Assembly: GCA_049997875.1 (NCBI GenBank)
Contig: JBEKRC010000001.1
Location: forward strand, 14,775-78,774
DNA: 64,000 bases
From: Minisyncoccia bacterium
Lineage (GTDB): Bacteria; Patescibacteriota; Minisyncoccia; UBA6257; 2-01-FULL-56-20
Direction: 5' to 3'
Below, piece by piece: positions 56,115 to 64,000 of the stretch; position 1 is the stretch's first letter, and the number at the start of each line of letters is the position of its first letter. The translations under genes were made by a program, and so were the position numbers. Below the pieces are notes generated by a model. The model saw only the letters and a program-made list of their open reading frames with translations. It was not told the DNA's origin and made no database searches.

Positions 56115-58716
56115 CCTTGAATTCGCCGCGGATGATCTTGTCCGCCAACTTATCAAGGATAACTTTCTGGATGAGCCGCTTCAAGGGCCGGGCGCCGAAC
56201 TCCGCGCTGAATCCTTCCTTCGCAAGATATTCGCGCGCCGCCGGTTCTATGGTGAGCGCAATGCCCCGCTCTTTCAGGCGTTTTTCTATGAGCGCGATCT
56301 GCAAATCCACGATCTTTTGGATTTCCTTCTTGTGCAGCGGATTGAAAATGACGATGTCGTCAATGCGGTTCAGGAACTCCGGCCGGAAGTTGCTTTTAAG
56401 GGCATCCATCACTTTGTCGCGGTAGTCCCCTTCTTCTGCCGAGGACTCCTCCGCACTTGGCGCACTGAACCCGATCCGCGACATCGCCTTCAGATATTGG
56501 CTGCCGACGTTGGACGTCATAATGATGATTGTGTTTTTGAAATTCACCGTTTTCCCTTTGCTGTCCGTGAGCCGGCCGTTGTCCAGCACTTGGAGGAGCA
56601 GGTTGAATACCTCCGGATGCGCCTTTTCTATTTCGTCAAAGAGGATCAAGCTGTACGGCCGGTGGCGCAGCATCTCCGTGAGCTGGCCGCCCTCCTCGTG
56701 GCCGACGTAGCCCGGCGGCGAACCGATGAGGCGGGAGGTGGCGTGGCGCTCCATGTATTCCGACATGTCTATGCGCACGAGCGCCTTTTCGTCGTTGAAC
56801 ATGAATTCCGCAAGCGCCTTCGCAAGCTCGGTCTTCCCTACTCCCGTGGGACCGAGGAACATGAATGAGCCGATGGGACGGTTTTCGTCCGAAAGTCCCG
56901 CCCGCGACCGGCGCAAGGCCGATGCCACGGCGCCGATGGCCTCATCCTGGCCCACCACCCGCTCGTGGAGCACCTCTTCTATTTTTATGAGCTTCTCCGA
57001 ATCCGTCTCAAGCATCCTCCGCAAAGGAATGCCGGTCCAAACCGAAACCACCGCCGCGACGTCTTCCTTGTCCACCGACTCCTTGAGGAAGCGGTCGCCT
57101 GCCGCGTTGGTGCCCGCTTTTCCTTTTTTGCCGCCCTTCGGTCCGCCGAAGTTCTTCTTCTCAAAGCTCGCAAAGTCCTTCTCGGCCTGCGGGAGCTCGC
57201 CGTACGTGATCTGCGCCACGCGCTCCAGGTTTCCCTCCCGTTCGGCGATCTCCGCCTCGCGCTTCAAATTGTCCACTTTCTGCCGCAGCTGATGCAGCGT
57301 TTCAAATTTTATTTTCTCCGAATGCCACTTGGCGGAAAGTTCGTCATTTTGCTCTCGGAGCTTCGCGACCTCTTTGTCTATTTCTTTTACGCGATCGCCC
57401 GTCTTCCCGTTTTCCTTGGTGAGCGCTTGCTTTTCTATCTCAAGCTTCGTGATCTCGCGGCGGATCGTGTCAATTTCTTTCGGCAGGCTCTCCGATTCCA
57501 ATCGCCGCGCCGCCATCGCCTCGTCAATCAGGTCCACTGCCTTATCCGGAAGGAACCGATCCGTGATGTAGCGCGCGGACAAATTGACCGCTTCTATAAT
57601 TGCCTCATCGCTGATCCGCATCCCATGATGAATCTCATACTTTTCTTTGAGCCCGCGCAAGATCGCAATGGAGTCGTCTATGGACGGCTCCTCAACCACG
57701 ATCGGCTGGAAGCGCCGTTCCAAAGCAGCGTCTTTCTCTATGTATTTTTGATATTCGCGGATAGTCGTCGCGCCGACGGCATGGAGTTCGCCGCGCGAAA
57801 GCGCCGGCTTCAATAAATTGGAGGCGTCAATCGCGCCCTCTGCCGCGCCCGCGCCCACGATCGTGTGTATCTCGTCAATGAAAAGAATGATCTGCCCCGC
57901 GGCGTTCTTTATTTCTTTCATGAATGCCTTCAGGCGGTCTTCAAATTCACCGCGGAACTTTGTGCCCGCAATGAGCGATCCGAGATCAAGCATCAAAACC
58001 TGTTTGCCCTTCAAGGGCTCCGGGACGTCCCCCGAGGCTATGCGCTGCGCCAAACCCTCTACAATGGCCGTTTTTCCTACGCCCGGCTCGCCGATCAGGC
58101 ACGGATTGTTCTTCGTGCGCCGTGAGAGCACCTGCATCACGCGGCGCAATTCTTCCTCGCGGCCGATCACGGGATCCAGCTGCCCTGCCTTCGCCTTGTC
58201 ACTCAAATTAATGGCGTATTTTTCCAAAACCTGGAATTTGCTCTCCGGCATCTCGTCCGTCACGCGCATGGAACCGCGGAGTTGCGCCAAGACGCGGAAC
58301 GCCGTCTCGCGCCGCACGCCAAATTTTTCCAAAATGCTTTTTGCGCTGCCCGCCACGTCCAAAAGCGCGAGTAATAAATGTTCGCACGAAACGAATTCAT
58401 CCTTCTGCTGCGCCGCGATCTTCGCCGACTGATCGAGCGCCTTCATCAATTCCTGCGAGAGGTAAAGCTGCCCGACGTTTGAGTTCGCAAGAATCGGCGG
58501 AATGCGGTCCAGTTCAAGTTCTATGTGCTCATGAAGTTTCTCCAGATTCACGCCCGAGCGCTCCAAGACGGGGACGACAAGGGACTGCTCGTCTTCCAAA
58601 AGCGCGGCGAGAAGATGAAGCCCTTTGAGCTCGCCGTGATTTTTCTTCGCGGCGATCTCCTGCGCGTTCTGCAATGCCTCCTGGGCTTTTATGGTGAAAC
58701 GATGAAAATTCGGCAT
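56059..58716 (-). CDS. clpB: Chaperone ClpB
   Basis: Two AAA+ modules ([16 protein letters not shown]), long middle coiled coil, FGARPLKR. Confidence 0.95.
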   Translation of the reverse strand: MPNFHRFTIKAQEALQNAQEIAAKKNHGELKGLHLLAALLEDEQSLVVPVLERSGVNLEKLHEHIELELDRIPPILANSNVGQLYLSQELMKALDQSAKIAAQQKDEFVSCEHLLLALLDVAGSAKSILEKFGVRRETAFRVLAQLRGSMRVTDEMPESKFQVLEKYAINLSDKAKAGQLDPVIGREEELRRVMQVLSRRTKNNPCLIGEPGVGKTAIVEGLAQRIASGDVPEPLKGKQVLMLDLGSLIAGTKFRGEFEDRLKAFMKEIKNAAGQIILFIDEIHTIVGAGAAEGAIDASNLLKPALSRGELHAVGATTIREYQKYIEKDAALERRFQPIVVEEPSIDDSIAILRGLKEKYEIHHGMRISDEAIIEAVNLSARYITDRFLPDKAVDLIDEAMAARRLESESLPKEIDTIRREITKLEIEKQALTKENGKTGDRVKEIDKEVAKLREQNDELSAKWHSEKIKFETLHQLRQKVDNLKREAEIAEREGNLERVAQITYGELPQAEKDFASFEKKNFGGPKGGKKGKAGTNAAGDRFLKESVDKEDVAAVVSVWTGIPLRRMLETDSEKLIKIEEVLHERVVGQDEAIGAVASALRRSRAGLSDENRPIGSFMFLGPTGVGKTELAKALAEFMFNDEKALVRIDMSEYMERHATSRLIGSPPGYVGHEEGGQLTEMLRHRPYSLILFDEIEKAHPEVFNLLLQVLDNGRLTDSKGKTVNFKNTIIIMTSNVGSQYLKAMSRIGFSAPSAEESSAEEGDYRDKVMDALKSNFRPEFLNRIDDIVIFNPLHKKEIQKIVDLQIALIEKRLKERGIALTIEPAAREYLAKEGFSAEFGARPLKRLIQKVILDKLADKIIRGEFKDGGKVKVNFKADSLVFSS

Positions 58717-58893
58717 GGTTTGTATAGTAATTATACCGCGATAGGACCATTTTAGTTTCAAAAACGCCGATTGTCAATCTCAGGGGGAGATTGCTAATGG
58801 CAGTGTATACAAACCTCATCTTATCTGTTCGAAAATCGTCCACGCCGTGCACGGAAATTCGCTGGAAATTAGATTTGATATATACTGAGGACA

Positions 58894-59508
58894 ATGAATA
58901 GATTCAAAGCCGTTGTGTTTGATTTCGGCGGTGTCATTGAATTGAACAAGAACGGTTCAAGCGTGAAGTACGTTGCGGACGCCCTTTCGATCCCCGTGGA
59001 CGAGCTTCGGAAGGTGTATTTTCAATACAACCACCTCGCGAACGTGCATAACATGACGTATGAAGACGTGATGGTCAAAGCTGTCCGTACCTTTGATAAG
59101 AGCGAAGCAACCGCGGACCGCGTTCGCGAATTGATGCGGTCGCATAAGGAGGGCCATACTATCAACACGAATCTTTTCCCTTTGTTCTCGGCATTGCGAC
59201 GCTCGGGCTATAAGGTAGCTATTTTGAGCAACAACCGGACCGACCTGCGGCAGCGGTTGGAAAAGCAGCACATTCTGCCCTTGGTGGACGAAGTGGTAAT
59301 TTCCGTCGAAATCGGCCATCAGAAACCGGACAAAGAAGCATTCGACGCGGTATTCAGGAAACTGGGCGTCCGCCCGGAAGAAGTCGTCTTTGTGGACGAC
59401 ATTCCGAAAAGTTTGGAAAAGGCTTCCGAGATTGGTTATCATCCGATTCTTTTCAGCAACAACGACCAGCTTAGAGCCGACCTTGAGAAACTTGGGATAT
59501 GGACTTAA
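58894..59508 (+). CDS. HAD family phosphatase
   Basis: FDFGGVI, LSN, KPD, FVDD. Confidence 0.92.
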   Translation: MNRFKAVVFDFGGVIELNKNGSSVKYVADALSIPVDELRKVYFQYNHLANVHNMTYEDVMVKAVRTFDKSEATADRVRELMRSHKEGHTINTNLFPLFSALRRSGYKVAILSNNRTDLRQRLEKQHILPLVDEVVISVEIGHQKPDKEAFDAVFRKLGVRPEEVVFVDDIPKSLEKASEIGYHPILFSNNDQLRADLEKLGIWT

Positions 59509-59568
59509 TGAATTTGGCTAAAGCTGTTCGATCGTCCAAGCCCGCGCACTTTGTTTTATAATGAAGTT

Positions 59569-60009
59569 GTGGAGAAGGTTTCCAACAATTTAGTTCTTGA
59601 ACTTCATATTCCCGATTTTGAAAAAGCCCGGTCTTTTTATGCGATTTTCGGTTTCAGCCAGTTGAAATACGATCCAACCTCGGGAGGAGGCAGTAATCTC
59701 GGCTATATGATACTGAGGCGGAGCGACGCTTTGGGAGAAACCCACATCAACTTTTATGGTGATAAAGAGAAGGTATCCCAGCATTCTCACTTCAAGGATT
59801 TTCCGCCCAATACTCCTCGGGGATATGAGGTGGAAATCACTATCCCGGTTTCTAATGTCGAGGAACTTTGGAATGAGACGAAGAGTAAAATTCCAGACTC
59901 CCAGATCGCTCAGCCTCTCACACTTAAGCGCTGGGGTAAAAAGGATTTCAGAGTGACCGACCCTTTCGGTTTTTATGTACGTTTTACAGAACTTGTCGAT
60001 TGGTATTGA
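59569..60009 (+). CDS. VOC/glyoxalase family protein
   Basis: LELHIPDFEKARSFY..FGF, WGKKDFRVTDPFGFYVRFTE. Confidence 0.85.
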   Translation: MEKVSNNLVLELHIPDFEKARSFYAIFGFSQLKYDPTSGGGSNLGYMILRRSDALGETHINFYGDKEKVSQHSHFKDFPPNTPRGYEVEITIPVSNVEELWNETKSKIPDSQIAQPLTLKRWGKKDFRVTDPFGFYVRFTELVDWY

Positions 60010-60114
60010 GATATCTTAAGGCTATTCGAAAGTCGTCCACTCCCATGCGCAAAAAATCATTAAAGAAATATTAAACGGTGTTTGACTTTCCATGCGGTGG
60101 CATTACCATAAAAC

Positions 60115-60198
60115 CATGCCTGCGGGGCGGCAGCCCCTAACCGGCCTTCGGGCTGGTAGCAGGCATGTTAAAAAACCTCTCCGCGTGAGAGGTTTTTT
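60115..60198 (+). ncRNA. Candidate small RNA: three-way junction plus terminator
   Basis: TTGACT-16-TACCAT promoter at 60082-60109. CATGCCTGC/GCAGGCATG encloses two hairpins, one with a cUUCGg loop. T-tailed terminator 60170-60198. Confidence 0.6.
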
Positions 60199-60613
60199 AA
60201 TAAATACTGAAAAAATGCTTTTGTCCCTTTTTGAGTTGCCTCACTAATAAAGTAACCGAGTGATTTGTACGTTGACTTTTTATCGCCCAGAAGTCAGCTT
60301 TGGTAGTTTTTCCAGCTTTCTTGCCGTGCCACTTACTCACCATGAATGTTTCTTTCTCCCTATGGATGAAGGTGGCTTTTGGATCAGCGACTATGTTTTT
60401 CGCATGCACTAAAAGGGCAAAGCGTCTCATTTGCTCGTCTTCTCGACGGCGCTTCCCTCTTTTTCTCATAAGATGGCGGAATCCGATGCTATTAAAAATA
60501 ACGAAGTCCTTAAGTGTGGGGCACCAAACCCGCCCCAGCTTTAAGTAGAGCAGCTTTGCATTCTGCAGTGCTTCTTCGCAGCTGGCGCTGTCGCGAGAAA
60601 CCGGATATTCCAT
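60197..60613 (-). CDS. Basic hypothetical protein, PBECR/RelE-like nuclease pattern
   Basis: V.CP.L...V.F...GFRHL, Q.RR..LL, FWAI...LLVRQ...G.KHFFSI (family assigned from pattern recall only). Confidence 0.6.
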   Translation of the reverse strand: MEYPVSRDSASCEEALQNAKLLYLKLGRVWCPTLKDFVIFNSIGFRHLMRKRGKRRREDEQMRRFALLVHAKNIVADPKATFIHREKETFMVSKWHGKKAGKTTKADFWAIKSQRTNHSVTLLVRQLKKGQKHFFSIY

Positions 60614-60662
60614 CCGGTTATCATGACAAATCCCTGATTAAAAAATTTTAAAATAATATCTC

Positions 60663-61964
60663 CTACTGGCTTGTGGGACGTTGAGCAAGCGTCGCCGTGA
60701 GCGTAACTTGCTGCCCGCCGCGATTCGCGACGATTGTTACGGTATCGCCCACGTTGAATTGCGAGATCACCGTGCCGAGGTCGTGGCTGCTGTCAATTTT
60801 TTGGCCGTTGACGGAAAGGATAATATCCTCCGCCTGGATTCCCGCTTTTGCCGCGGGGGAATTCGACTCCACGGCCGGCCCTGTTTCGCTCCCGCGCACG
60901 AGCGCGCCATAGCCAACGGGAAGTTTCTGCTGCGTTGCAACGTCCGGGGTAATCGTGAGATACCGAACGCCGAGATAGGGCGTTTGCAGTTGCCCCGTGG
61001 CCTGCACCGAGCTGATGTCATGCTTCGCCCGATTCACGGGGATCGCAAAGCCGATGTTCTCCGCATTGGATGCGATTGCGGTGTTGATGCCAATCACCTC
61101 CCCGCGCAGATTGAGGAGCGGACCGCCGGAATTGCCCGGATTGATCGCGGCATCGGTTTGGATAACGCCCTGGATGGTCTCCTGCGCTCCCGTATCGGGT
61201 GCGGAAGCGGTCACCGTCCGCGCGAGTCCGGAGATCACGCCGACGGAAACCGTGTTGGAAAATTCGCCGAGCGCATTCCCGATCGCAATCGCCGTCTCAC
61301 CGAGCTCCAAACTGTCCGAATCGCCCAGAGTAACGGTTGGCAATCCCGTCGCCTTGATTTTCACGACCGTCAAATCCTGGTTCGGGTCGCGAGCGAGCAC
61401 CGTCGCATTGTATTTTGTACCATCGTTCGTAATCACCGTATAGGATGCGCTGGTATCGGATACGACATGTTTATTGGTAAGAATCAAACCGTCTGAAGAA
61501 ATGATGAAACCGCTGCCGCCGCCCACTTCCTGAAGTTGCGTTTTCCCCGTATCGCACGGCTGGGTCAGCCTTTGGGAATCGTTGCCGAAAAATTGCTGGA
61601 ACTCCGGCGGAAGGTTGCTGAAAGGATTGTAGGGACACTGCTCAACAATAGGAACGTTTTTGGAAATCACGATGGAAACCACCGCGGGCGACGCTTTTTT
61701 CACGGCACCGACCACCGCCTGCTCGTAATCAATGACCGGCTGATACAAGGGAACCGTGGAAGATGCGCCGGCGCCCATGGTGGCGTTCGTGGAAGAACTC
61801 GCGGACGGCGACCGCCCCGCAAACGGCGAAAACAGCTTGCTGAAAAAGTCGGTGAATACGTTCGCCCGCGCCTGCGGCGCGCTGATTGCGACGCCCAAAA
61901 GAAGCCCTACCACAAGGACGCCTACGAGGGCCGCTAGTATCCTTTTATTGTTGCCGCTGTCCAT
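60663..61964 (-). CDS. htrA: HtrA/DegP-like serine protease with one PDZ domain
   Basis: GSGFII, LTNKHVV, QTDAAINPGNSGGPL, PDZ. Confidence 0.93.
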   Translation of the reverse strand: MDSGNNKRILAALVGVLVVGLLLGVAISAPQARANVFTDFFSKLFSPFAGRSPSASSSTNATMGAGASSTVPLYQPVIDYEQAVVGAVKKASPAVVSIVISKNVPIVEQCPYNPFSNLPPEFQQFFGNDSQRLTQPCDTGKTQLQEVGGGSGFIISSDGLILTNKHVVSDTSASYTVITNDGTKYNATVLARDPNQDLTVVKIKATGLPTVTLGDSDSLELGETAIAIGNALGEFSNTVSVGVISGLARTVTASAPDTGAQETIQGVIQTDAAINPGNSGGPLLNLRGEVIGINTAIASNAENIGFAIPVNRAKHDISSVQATGQLQTPYLGVRYLTITPDVATQQKLPVGYGALVRGSETGPAVESNSPAAKAGIQAEDIILSVNGQKIDSSHDLGTVISQFNVGDTVTIVANRGGQQVTLTATLAQRPTSQ

Positions 61965-62090
61965 TGGCTTTCTTATTCTTTATTTTATAGTACGAGGCCG
62001 GCGGAGGAAAGTTTCGCAACAGTATGCACACGCTTATTACTACTCGCAAAGCCCCATTTTTGTTTCATGTATTCCAGCCCGCCAAAGGTT

Positions 62091-63296
62091 TTATAACGCG
62101 CCTTTTACTATTTTTAACGCTTCTGCTACTTCCTTTTCTGTCGTCGGGCGGCCTAGGCTGAAGCGAATACTCTCCTTTGCGCGCTCTTTTGAGTGGCCGA
62201 GCGCCTGGACGACATACGAGGACTCCATCGCGCGCGAGCGACAAGCGGAACCAGAGGACGCGGAGAGACCGCGCAGATCAAATTTGGTGAGCAGGTCCTG
62301 CGCCGCGTGTCCGGGGAAATATACATTGAGGATATTCGGCAATCTTTCTCCGTTATTTTCTGATCCGTTCGTCTCCGCCTCGGGAAAAATATCTTTTAGT
62401 CCGCTCCACAGGCGATCGCGGAGCGCCGCGATGCGCTTTGCCTCGCTTTCCCGCCGCGCCGTTACAAGCTCAACCGCCTTTGCGAAACCGACGATCGCGG
62501 GAACATTCTCCGTACCCGAGCGAAGGCCGAATTCCTGCCCGCCGCCCGCAACGATCGGCAGAAGCATGTCCGCATCGCGCACAAAAAGCGCACCCGCGCC
62601 TTTCGGACCATACATTTTATGCGAAGAGATAGTCATAAAATCCACGCCAAGCGCATTCGCGTCACAATCCAAGAACTGGAACGCCTGCGCAGCATCAGTG
62701 TGGAATGCCGGAAACCGATTGTCGGCAGTTGATTCTTTGCTGCGAACCTGTTTTCTGAAATCTTCAATTATCTTCCCAATCTCCGTGATCGGCTGCATCG
62801 TCCCGATTTCGTTGTTGGCATACATGACCGATACGAGCGCGGTTTCCGGTGTCAAGCTTTCTTTAATCTTTTTTAAATCTGCGATTCCGTGCGCGCCTAC
62901 CGGCACATACGTCACGCGGACATTCTCGCGCGCAAGGTCGCGCGCGGCTTCCAAAACCGACTCGTGCTCAATCGCAGAAACAATGAGGTGCGGCGCCGCA
63001 CGCCTCGCGCGCGCGCCCGACAGATCGTGCGCCATCTGAAATCGCCGCACGACGCCACGAAGGACTAGATTGTTTGCTTCCGTCGCAGAGGCGATGAAAA
63101 CTATCTGCCGGAAATCGGCGCCGAGCGCCCTCGCGATTGTTTCGCGCGAACGATCCACCGCCGCAATCGCTTCCTGCCCGAATGCATGGAGCGAACCGGG
63201 ATTGCCGAACCGCTCGGAAAAATATGGCGCGATCGCGCGCAGAACCGTGGGATCAACCGGCGTGGACGCCGCGTAGTCAAGATAAATCCTCTTCAT
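62091..63296 (-). CDS. iscS: Cysteine desulfurase (IscS/NifS-type)
   Basis: YLDYAAST, FGNPGS, HTDAAQ, SSHKMYGPKG, SSGSAC. Confidence 0.93.
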   Translation of the reverse strand: MKRIYLDYAASTPVDPTVLRAIAPYFSERFGNPGSLHAFGQEAIAAVDRSRETIARALGADFRQIVFIASATEANNLVLRGVVRRFQMAHDLSGARARRAAPHLIVSAIEHESVLEAARDLARENVRVTYVPVGAHGIADLKKIKESLTPETALVSVMYANNEIGTMQPITEIGKIIEDFRKQVRSKESTADNRFPAFHTDAAQAFQFLDCDANALGVDFMTISSHKMYGPKGAGALFVRDADMLLPIVAGGGQEFGLRSGTENVPAIVGFAKAVELVTARRESEAKRIAALRDRLWSGLKDIFPEAETNGSENNGERLPNILNVYFPGHAAQDLLTKFDLRGLSASSGSACRSRAMESSYVVQALGHSKERAKESIRFSLGRPTTEKEVAEALKIVKGAL

Positions 63297-63315
63297 GGTC
63301 CGCCGCACAGTACGG

Positions 63316-63894
63316 CTAAAAAAGCCCCGCGGCCGCAAGCGGTTTCGCAAACGATACTTTCACAATCTCGCCCGTTTGTTTGTCTGGCATCAAAAAATAA
63401 TTTTGCTTCTGATACAGGTCGTAGAGCGCCTTTGTGAGCTCCACGTCCTTCAGGCAATATGCCTTGAGCTCGTCCATCTTGCCTTCCCGATACAGGCCGA
63501 TCGCCTCCGAACCGTGAAGGTCTTTTTTCACGCCAAGGTTCACTTCGGCGAGCCGGCTCAAACTCACCCGCTGCTTCGCCGCCATCTCAATCTCTTCCAA
63601 AAGGTCCACGCGCTCCTTTTCCCAAAGGCGCGGTGCTGAAGCACCGAGTTTCTGGAAATAATGATTCAGCACCGGCACGTCGTAGCGGTTCATGCTGAAT
63701 CCGACGATCCGCCGCGCTCCCGCAAAGAGCTCGGCAAGCTTGTCCATCTCGTGCTCCTCAAAGACGAAATACTTGTCGCGCAAATAGGAATAGACGCCGA
63801 CGACCGATATCTTGAGTGCCGCGAAATTGTCCCGCCCCACGTCCGGATCGGTGAAAAAATTCTGCGTTTCAATGTCAAAAACCAGCGTGTCCAT
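63316..63894 (-). CDS. RNase H-like (DEDD/YprB-type) domain protein
   Basis: LVFDIETQ, VGF.MNRYDVPVL, YCLKDVELT. Confidence 0.85.
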   Translation of the reverse strand: MDTLVFDIETQNFFTDPDVGRDNFAALKISVVGVYSYLRDKYFVFEEHEMDKLAELFAGARRIVGFSMNRYDVPVLNHYFQKLGASAPRLWEKERVDLLEEIEMAAKQRVSLSRLAEVNLGVKKDLHGSEAIGLYREGKMDELKAYCLKDVELTKALYDLYQKQNYFLMPDKQTGEIVKVSFAKPLAAAGLF

Positions 63895-64000
63895 TATACG
63901 TGCCGGTCGGCGACGCTGGACGCCGCATAGCTCTCTGGCTTCGTCTTCGCCTGAAAATTGTTCGCCCGGATCATCGCCACGACCTCATGGATCATCGCCT
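63894..64000 (-). CDS. 3' end of a gene running off the window
   Basis: Open frame AMIHEVVAMIRANNFQAK...RHV* whose TAA overlaps the next ATG. Confidence 0.5.
   Translation of the reverse strand, partial: AMIHEVVAMIRANNFQAKTKPESYAASSVADRHV

Noticed and set aside
61756-63039. 427-aa plus-strand ORF, and similar long antisense ORFs over thrS, rpoBC, cca and clpB
   Set aside because: They are antisense shadows of GC-rich genes with no recognisable motifs.

Overview
This is a core-genome segment of a Patescibacteria (CPR) bacterium, most likely Parcubacteria/Paceibacteria. The assignment is inferred from gene content, the intron-rich 23S and the type IV pilus/ComF block. TGA is used as a stop, so the code is standard. 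Translation and housekeeping genes include serS, thrS, miaA, gatA/B/C, a single-chain organelle-type PheRS, a CCA-adding enzyme, rplK without rplA, rpsF, ssb, tmk, murI, murD, mltG, rodA, galU, clpB, htrA and iscS. RNA polymerase beta and beta' are fused in one ORF. A 23S-5S operon lacks 16S and carries three group I introns (L1931, L1951, L2593) whose homing endonucleases are intact, absent and deleted respectively. There are six tRNAs, pilM/N/O/B, comF, an ECF sigma cassette flanked by two ORF6N genes, and a large S-layer-like gene. The most unusual signals are non-coding or hidden inside genes. These are a wHTH gene packed with TTGCCG repeats upstream of an attenuator-like S-layer leader, two covarying 22-bp hairpins with a conserved loop, a three-way-junction small RNA facing a RelE/PBECR-like gene, palindromes inside both ORF6N genes, a 201-nt group I intron, and a 22-bp stem enclosing two tRNAs where 16S would sit. 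Coordinates were read by eye, and RNA ends and start codons are approximate.
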